Assembly: GCA_964635905.1 (NCBI GenBank)
Contig: CAZWPK010000001.1
Span: 4,894 to 68,893, forward strand
Reading direction: 5' to 3'
Length of the DNA: 64,000 nucleotides
Origin: an uncultured Pseudomonadales bacterium
GTDB taxonomy: Bacteria; Patescibacteriota; Microgenomatia; UBA1400; UBA12028
Position 1 is the stretch's first letter, and each line of letters begins with the position of its first letter. Below the pieces are notes generated by a model, which worked only from the letters and a program-made list of their open reading frames with translations, ran no database searches and was not told the DNA's origin. Of the stretch, positions 57,384 to 64,000 are shown piece after piece. The position numbers and the translations under genes were made by a program.

Positions 57384-59912
57384 ATGTCTGATTTCGACAA
57401 AAATGGTGAACTGCATCACAATTCCTCTAATGCCTTGGATCCAAGTTTAGAATCTGTTTACGAACATATCCTGGAACGACAAACTGATGAATCCAGACTG
57501 ACTGCAGGTGACCCCCGTGAGACACTCGTTTTCCCAAAAAGCGAGATGCGTGATTTCCGTTTACGGATGCGAACAAAAGGGATGACGCCGCAAAACTTGG
57601 CATCTGCAACAGCCGCGATGCGGATGAACCTAGAAAATAATGAATCATCCGTTGATCAGCAAGTAGAAGCTTTATATAACGAGAATTCAGTTCCTTTATT
57701 TCTTCGAGAAATTCGAAAAGCTGGTAGCGATCAAGAACTCACTGAACAGATAGCCAAAGAAAAGAAAGAAGCTAAACACGTTCTCCAAGTATTAAATGAA
57801 CGCATGCGAGCATGCGAGGACTGGCTACTTCTCTTGGGAGATACCAGTCCAACATTGAAACGTAGAATTAGTGGGACCGCATTTTTCCCCATGGCAGCTA
57901 CAGGGTTGTTGCGTGACTTTGATGCACTCTGGAACAATTTTTGGAATATTCGATTACGTAGGGGGTTGCCAATTCCAGAAAATCCTCCCGATGAACGACT
58001 TTTGAATCAAGCATCCAGTCATGCATTCCGGTGCGAACATGGAAATGAGGATGTTGAATTCCTCAAAACCTTACGATTTAGAAGACAAAGTGCGATCGAG
58101 TATTATTCGCATATTGAGCAGTTTTTCCAAGATCCTAGGAATAAAGACACAGACACACTTATTGCCGTGTTTCGGGATGATTCACGGTATTTTCGTGTTC
58201 GCTTACCTCGACAGGAATGGTTTGAACAAACTCAAAAAGAAACTGCAGTTCGGGAGATAGAAGGGATCATATTAGGTCTAGAGATACAACAAGCTACAAG
58301 AGTCTCACCTGAGATGCAACGAGAATTAAAATCTGCAACCTATGGGAAACACAAGGAAACTTCTCAGAACCCCTTATTACGAACAATTTTTGGACATGAA
58401 GCAAATGAACAGACGATGGTTTTTTTGGAGCCAGAGAATCTCGTGAATAAACAAACTAAGAAAGTGAAACAATTATCGGATACTGTTAATGATGCTGATT
58501 TCTTTACTGGTGAACATGTAACAAGAGTGGTGAAGCCGTTAATGATCGTCGATGCTCAAACAAGAAAACGCATTATCACTGCAACTGAAGTTGGAGTATC
58601 GCATCGCTTTTGGGATGGGGTTGAATCTCATAAAGGAACCATTGAAGCAACATCTGGCTTGGCAAATCGGTATCGATATGTAGAAGGCGAATCCATTTCG
58701 AATGCTATTCAAATAGATCCCGTTGAAGATGTTCAATTAGAAAACGGACAACTATCACGGGTTCAACTTACAGAAAGATTTGGTCAGCATACGATCTCTC
58801 TAGAACGATATAAAGAAATTCGGGAAAAATTGGATCAGGTTCGACAACTGTATGAAGTTCCACCAAAAGTAAAAGAAGAATTACAGTCAGCATCAAGCTT
58901 TACCTTGCCAGATATCGTTCAACTCGCATGTCACAGCTTGGGAATGGAAGCGGGACAGATGGTGGTGATGCAAAAGAATACGACAGAGTCGTTGTTAGAT
59001 GTGGCGTTTAGTATCGCAAACGACGACCTTTTGATGTTGGCTGAAAAAGTAGCCTCTGGGGCAGCCACGCAGGAGGAACAACATACGTACACAAAAGCAC
59101 TGTTAGGAACTTCTTCCCGATTCATTCGAGAAAAAGCTTGGGCGATGCAGGGGAAAGGAACCGCGTCTTTTTTTGCAACCTTGGCTGGTCAAAAGCGACT
59201 ATTAGAGTGGGTGAGTAAGGTGTTAGGAGGTAAGGTAGTTGGGAAGAGGTATGTCCGTGGCGTAAATAACCAGGACTATATGATTTCGGTTCCCACCAAT
59301 ACAACTTCTTTGTTAGAGAAAAGTACAGTACGTTCCAGAGTGACTAGCTTTTATTCCGCGCAAACAGATTCTCTTGCTATGGACGCCTCTACAGATAGGG
59401 ATGGGATGGGGGCGATTGGTGTCGTCGATTCTCCGGAACAAGGACTGGTGCTCTCACTGCGAACGATGCCGGATCAAAGCTGGATTACTATTCAGGAAAC
59501 AATAACCCAATTATTCCCTGTGAATGAAAAAAATAGAAAGCTCGTTACCGATGCCTATCGTGAACTTATATTTAAAGGCAACAATAAACCCCTCGTTGCT
59601 TTACAAGGAGTCCATGCAGAGCAATTAGTTCGAATTAACTCAGAAATTGAAGAAGCCATTCAGCAGAAAATTGATCGGCAACTGCAAGATCTAGACAAGC
59701 ATCTTGACGTTGTTCTAAATGCCTTAATCAAATTTGCTGCAGATCATAATAAAGACAAAAATAATAAGTTTCTAATTTTTTCTCCCAATGGCGAATTAGA
59801 TGGCTGGCAGCAGCAAATTCAAAATGATGAGCGAAACGGAACGCGAGGGAGAGGAGTAAGAGGAGCATTAGTAGGAGTCTGGGGTTCCATTACCGGACGG
59901 AGAAAAGAATAG
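57384..59912 (+). CDS. large hypothetical protein (842 aa)
   Basis: Long ORF with upstream TGGTACTAT -10; no motif recognised. Confidence 0.8.
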   Translation: MSDFDKNGELHHNSSNALDPSLESVYEHILERQTDESRLTAGDPRETLVFPKSEMRDFRLRMRTKGMTPQNLASATAAMRMNLENNESSVDQQVEALYNENSVPLFLREIRKAGSDQELTEQIAKEKKEAKHVLQVLNERMRACEDWLLLLGDTSPTLKRRISGTAFFPMAATGLLRDFDALWNNFWNIRLRRGLPIPENPPDERLLNQASSHAFRCEHGNEDVEFLKTLRFRRQSAIEYYSHIEQFFQDPRNKDTDTLIAVFRDDSRYFRVRLPRQEWFEQTQKETAVREIEGIILGLEIQQATRVSPEMQRELKSATYGKHKETSQNPLLRTIFGHEANEQTMVFLEPENLVNKQTKKVKQLSDTVNDADFFTGEHVTRVVKPLMIVDAQTRKRIITATEVGVSHRFWDGVESHKGTIEATSGLANRYRYVEGESISNAIQIDPVEDVQLENGQLSRVQLTERFGQHTISLERYKEIREKLDQVRQLYEVPPKVKEELQSASSFTLPDIVQLACHSLGMEAGQMVVMQKNTTESLLDVAFSIANDDLLMLAEKVASGAATQEEQHTYTKALLGTSSRFIREKAWAMQGKGTASFFATLAGQKRLLEWVSKVLGGKVVGKRYVRGVNNQDYMISVPTNTTSLLEKSTVRSRVTSFYSAQTDSLAMDASTDRDGMGAIGVVDSPEQGLVLSLRTMPDQSWITIQETITQLFPVNEKNRKLVTDAYRELIFKGNNKPLVALQGVHAEQLVRINSEIEEAIQQKIDRQLQDLDKHLDVVLNALIKFAADHNKDKNNKFLIFSPNGELDGWQQQIQNDERNGTRGRGVRGALVGVWGSITGRRKE

Positions 59913-59959
59913 AATTCCTGCCTTGTCTTTTCTTACATTTCTCCATAGAGTGAAACCAT

Positions 59960-62455
59960 ATGGCATATGACGCCACAAACAATCAAGCAACCGAACTGCC
60001 ACAAGTAGAACCGTCATCCGAATCAGAAAAAAAACAGAGTCGAAAGGAACGTTTTTGGGGCTTAATTGATTCGATGCGATCACAAAGAAGTGAGGAACGA
60101 AAAGCAGGTGACGCTATCGGGAACGAGGCTGAGTCAATCCCAGAAGATGTTGAAGTTGAGGTCATGGAATTTCGAAGGAAAGGGAGTAGTGAAAAACGGC
60201 AGCTCAAAGAACGAATCGGGCGCTCTGTTCAACGATTAGGCATCTATGCTGACGCAGGTCAAGCTGCGGTAGGGTTTAATTTAGTTTTGGTTCCTGGATC
60301 AGCCATTGATGCGACGCAATCTCCCGAACGTTTCAAACAGCAAGTGCAGGAAACTCATCCCGGTAAGTTTGATCAGTTACCACCAGAGACGGTAGAAGCA
60401 ATCTATCAGTATCGTAAGGTTGAACATACGATTGCGCTGGCTCAAGTTTTTGATCTGGAAAAATTTGAAAGTTTGGAAGTATCAATCGATCAAGAGTATC
60501 CAGAGAATGCGCTGGTAGAAGATAACCAATTAATTGGTGCAATGGAACATCCCTTACTTTCGGTTAAATTCTCTTTTAAAGAATACATAATGGCTGTAGG
60601 AAAAAGTGCTGGTGTACCTGAGAACAACATTCACATGTGTCTGGAATCGATAAAAAAAGATATCGGTTTGGTAGATATGCCGATACTGATTTCCATGCCC
60701 CTAGATCTATCAAAAGAACAATGGGAAGAGGTAAAAGGTGATCCTCGTGCCTTTTTTGCAGCCAACACCGAGGCGTTTCAACAACAGTTCTCCCAAGCTG
60801 AGACAGTGATTACCGATGTGCTGGGATGGACTAGTACGCTTGCCATGCATCGCAAATTAGATGATCGGGGAATTGATAATGCCCGTCGCAGCTTATCACA
60901 AGTTCCAGTCGGAGAATGGAATAAGGGACGCATGTTTGTCGGTTTTGCCACAGGGGAAATGGATTGGGATAAGAATCGGAGCCCAGCATATGGAGGTGCC
61001 GGGACGCTCGATGTTGCTGTGGCCGTGCAAACAGTCTCAACACTGTTAGGCCTGTATCAACAATCCCCACTGCTGCTTGATAGAAAAAATGCGGCTGCAC
61101 GACCTGGAGAGGAGGTATCCTATACGCTACTTCCACAACGTGACGTTATTGCTAACGGCCACTCGATGGGAGCAGGGCAAGCGCTACAAGGAGATGTGGT
61201 TTTTGGCGACGCCATCAAAGAAGCACGAAAAGAGAGAAAACAAACTCTTAGGGGACAACAGATTAACGTTCCAGCTAGAGTGCGGAGTGTTAGTGCTGTA
61301 CTTCGACATCCCGCGGTGCATCCCGAAGGTGGGAGCGCACACTATTGGGCCGATATCGAAGCGGTCCTCAACTCCAAAGAATCTGCAGGGACTAAGATAG
61401 CGGGTGTTGTCGCCGCATTCTTAACTTCTGGAGGGGCTAATATTTTCGACTCAATTGCAAAAGAAATGGGGATGCGGCTAGATTCGAAGGGTCAACAAAA
61501 GTTATATCAGATGTACAAAAGATATGTAGAAGCGGCGGTTACAAAACTCTTGACGGAACAGTGGTTCTTGCGTGGAGCTGGTAGAGGTGATGAATTATAT
61601 AAGCTGCTTTCTGCTCATGCAGAACAGTTTCAAAAAGATGTGAAACGCGCTACCTGGAATGCGGTAGGTTCTGCACAAGAACCAGAGATCAATCGAAAGA
61701 ATTTTAAGTCCGCAGTAGATGATCCTAATTTTCCCGTCAATGAAGTTATTTTTACTTCCGCAGGAGACAAGATGGCGAGCGCAACCCAACTACTTACTGC
61801 GTTACCCAATAATCGACCAATGTTGATTGCAGAAGGTGGGCATCATCATTCCTGGGCAACGCGGGAGCAGCAGCTTAAACTGAATATGGCCGAACAATTT
61901 TCAAAGCTTCCTCGAGAACTATTTCGTTTTGCCAATACCGATCTACTCAATGAATGGTATCTGGAACAACTTATTATCCCTCCAACAACAATTGCGGATT
62001 TCATAGCTAAAACGATGCCCAAGTTCGGAGGGACCTTGGGTAGTTTATGTGGAATCACTCCCGATGTGGTTCGGAATTACCTTGCATGGCGTTCCACACT
62101 TCATACACAACTGCAGGAAAGTGCGTTAAGCGATGGAAACAAAGATGTTCTCACACAGTTTCTAACGGCAGTGGAACAACGAACGGGAAGAGGAACAAGT
62201 CAAACGGAGGTTCCAACAGCTCTTGCAAAACTGCAAGGGAAGAGCAGTCTTCCAACCTTGTATCCAGATCTACTCGCACAAGTCGCCCCGATTCGTTTCG
62301 GTAAAGATAGGAGCGTGGAAGCCCAAGCCTTACTGCGGCAGCAGTCCATCAACGGATTAGCAGCCCTTGAGACACTCATTGAGTTTTTGGAAGTGAATGG
62401 AAACGACATCAAGTACAATGTGAAACTAGGATCTTCTCCAGCGAGCAGTAACTAG
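59960..62455 (+). CDS. large protein with putative alpha/beta-hydrolase core (831 aa)
   Basis: LVLVPGS, IANGHSMGA nucleophile elbow, FTSAGDKM (Asp), AEGGHHH (His). Confidence 0.6.
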   Translation: MAYDATNNQATELPQVEPSSESEKKQSRKERFWGLIDSMRSQRSEERKAGDAIGNEAESIPEDVEVEVMEFRRKGSSEKRQLKERIGRSVQRLGIYADAGQAAVGFNLVLVPGSAIDATQSPERFKQQVQETHPGKFDQLPPETVEAIYQYRKVEHTIALAQVFDLEKFESLEVSIDQEYPENALVEDNQLIGAMEHPLLSVKFSFKEYIMAVGKSAGVPENNIHMCLESIKKDIGLVDMPILISMPLDLSKEQWEEVKGDPRAFFAANTEAFQQQFSQAETVITDVLGWTSTLAMHRKLDDRGIDNARRSLSQVPVGEWNKGRMFVGFATGEMDWDKNRSPAYGGAGTLDVAVAVQTVSTLLGLYQQSPLLLDRKNAAARPGEEVSYTLLPQRDVIANGHSMGAGQALQGDVVFGDAIKEARKERKQTLRGQQINVPARVRSVSAVLRHPAVHPEGGSAHYWADIEAVLNSKESAGTKIAGVVAAFLTSGGANIFDSIAKEMGMRLDSKGQQKLYQMYKRYVEAAVTKLLTEQWFLRGAGRGDELYKLLSAHAEQFQKDVKRATWNAVGSAQEPEINRKNFKSAVDDPNFPVNEVIFTSAGDKMASATQLLTALPNNRPMLIAEGGHHHSWATREQQLKLNMAEQFSKLPRELFRFANTDLLNEWYLEQLIIPPTTIADFIAKTMPKFGGTLGSLCGITPDVVRNYLAWRSTLHTQLQESALSDGNKDVLTQFLTAVEQRTGRGTSQTEVPTALAKLQGKSSLPTLYPDLLAQVAPIRFGKDRSVEAQALLRQQSINGLAALETLIEFLEVNGNDIKYNVKLGSSPASSN

Positions 62456-62485
62456 CTTTGCTAGGATGTTTATCGAGGAGATGGT

Positions 62486-62515
62486 TTGACTTTTGCTGAT
62501 TGTGTGCCATACTAT
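62486..62515 (+). promoter_or_regulatory. putative sigma70 promoter of rho
   Basis: TTGACT at 62486, then TG-CATACT/TACTAT at 62508-62515. Confidence 0.55.
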
Positions 62516-62637
62516 ACAGATCTTCAAAAGAGCCTTAACTCTTGAGTAGAAATTTCACCAACACCACCCGAAATTTGAATAGTACCCAATTTTTTCAATG
62601 TATTTAGTAGCATTTATAATCTCCAAGGAGAGTTCCC

Positions 62638-64000
62638 ATGAGTGACGATACTCAAACCCCAGTAAACGACGCGGTGACCATTGATGACATCATCGGTGCC
62701 CCAAAACCAGCTGCCGTAGCCCCAATAGAATCAAAACCATTGCCACCAGTAGAACCGATTACCCGTTCCACAACCCCCAGAGAATCTCGTGGGCCGGTTC
62801 GAAGATCGTATGATCGCGGACCAAGTAATCGGGGACGCTACCAACGCTCACGTCCTCAAAATCAAGATACCATGATTGAACCAAATGGTCAGTCTGATTA
62901 CAGTCCCAACCGCTTCATTGATCCAAGTAAAGCCATTGAGTTTGGTGGGGAAGTGGATGGACGACTGCTTCCGGATGCCGGCGTGGCGTCAGAGATGATC
63001 AAAGGAATCTTAGATACCGGTACGGAAGGTCACGGTGTGCTTCGTGCCACCTACGGCCCGTCCGATCGCGATGCCTATATTAGTACCTCTCAGATCCGAC
63101 GCTTTGGATTACGCCCGGGAGACATGGTCGAAGGTCCTGCGCGTGCCCCCAAGGAGAACGAACGCTATTGGGGATTATTAAAGGTAGAAATTGTCAATGG
63201 ACTTCCAGCGGCAGAAGTCGGTCCTCGGGTTAAATTTAACAACCTTACCCCAGTCTTTCCCCGCGAACACATTCGCTTAGAAGCGGGAATGGAACCACTT
63301 TCCACTCGTTTGATTGACTTAGTTTCCCCTATTGGTCGTGGACAACGTGGAATGATTGTTTCTCCTCCAAAAGCGGGGAAGACGACCATCATGAAAGAGA
63401 TAGCCACCGGAATTGCCGCCAACTATCCGGATATCCATTTAATGGCAGTTCTCATTGGTGAACGTCCAGAGGAAGTAACTGACATTCGTCGCCATATCGA
63501 TAAGATCACCGCCGGAAAAGGGGAAGTGGCTGCCTCAAATTTCGATGAACCACCAGAGGATCAAGTGCGTGTGGGAGAGCTTGCTATTGAACGTGCCAAG
63601 CGACTCGTTGAAATGGGACAACACGTAGCTATTCTTTTAGATTCGATTACCCGACTTGCCCGTGCCTATAACTTAGCAATTCCAACCTCCGGTCGTACCC
63701 TTTCTGGAGGATTTGATCCTGCCGCATTGCACCCACCCAAGAAGTTCTTTGGAGCCGCGCGTAACTTTGAGGAATTTGACACTCCACAGGGCAAAAAGAA
63801 TGGAAGTTTGACGATTTTGGCTACTGCACTCGTGGATACCGGATCCCGTATGGATGATCTCGTGTATGAAGAATTCAAGGGAACAGGAAACATGGAGCTG
63901 ATTTTGGATCGCGCACTGACCGAGCGTCGCATCTATCCAGCCATCGATATTCAACGATCGGGAACGCGCAACGAAGATCTGCTCTTTACCCAGAGTGATT
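62638..64000 (+). CDS. rho: transcription termination factor Rho (runs off the window)
   Basis: Read directly from sequence: DAYISTSQIRRFGLRPGD, PIGRGQRG, SPPKAGKT, GERPEEVTD, DSITRLARAYN, EEFKGTGNMEL; SD AAGGAG. Confidence 0.96.
   Translation, partial: MSDDTQTPVNDAVTIDDIIGAPKPAAVAPIESKPLPPVEPITRSTTPRESRGPVRRSYDRGPSNRGRYQRSRPQNQDTMIEPNGQSDYSPNRFIDPSKAIEFGGEVDGRLLPDAGVASEMIKGILDTGTEGHGVLRATYGPSDRDAYISTSQIRRFGLRPGDMVEGPARAPKENERYWGLLKVEIVNGLPAAEVGPRVKFNNLTPVFPREHIRLEAGMEPLSTRLIDLVSPIGRGQRGMIVSPPKAGKTTIMKEIATGIAANYPDIHLMAVLIGERPEEVTDIRRHIDKITAGKGEVAASNFDEPPEDQVRVGELAIERAKRLVEMGQHVAILLDSITRLARAYNLAIPTSGRTLSGGFDPAALHPPKKFFGAARNFEEFDTPQGKKNGSLTILATALVDTGSRMDDLVYEEFKGTGNMELILDRALTERRIYPAIDIQRSGTRNEDLLFTQSD

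Noticed and set aside
59700-59810. FLIFSPNGEL resembles the start of a CHAT (caspase-like) domain
   Set aside because: The protein ends about 35 aa later, with no catalytic His-Gly or Cys motifs

Overview
A gene-dense bacterial chromosomal segment, most likely from a Patescibacteria/CPR (Microgenomates-like) genome. That assignment is inferred from gene content and protein style, not from a marker gene. Contents, left to right: small stress/detox genes (DUF1697, ABC-F, VOC, MFS); a carotenoid operon (crtYc-crtYd-crtI-crtB); an OmpR-type two-component pair; a fermentative pflB-pflA-acetate:CoA ligase operon divergent from a Crp-family regulator; msrB/msrA; a cytochrome-b5 lipoprotein; a signalling and general-stress cluster; an RND pump; eno-gpmI; alkA; purB-purA; a galactofuranose/glycosyltransferase locus; radA; a sortase/LPxTG surface-protein locus followed by two very large orphan proteins; and a 3'-truncated rho. 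I saw no tRNA, rRNA, CRISPR array or transposase. The most notable unexplained structure is at 50.8-62.5 kb. There a DnaA-box cluster and a near-consensus sigma70 promoter precede a ~235-nt multi-hairpin leader, which heads two Pro/Thr-rich surface proteins, an unusually long sortase and two ~840-aa orphans, one with a recognisable Ser-Asp-His hydrolase triad. Regulatory patterns read directly from the DNA include CRP boxes at -41.5 from putative starts, a recurrent phased TTCTYAC motif, and widespread apparently leaderless genes. All product calls come from motif recognition by eye; no database search was run.
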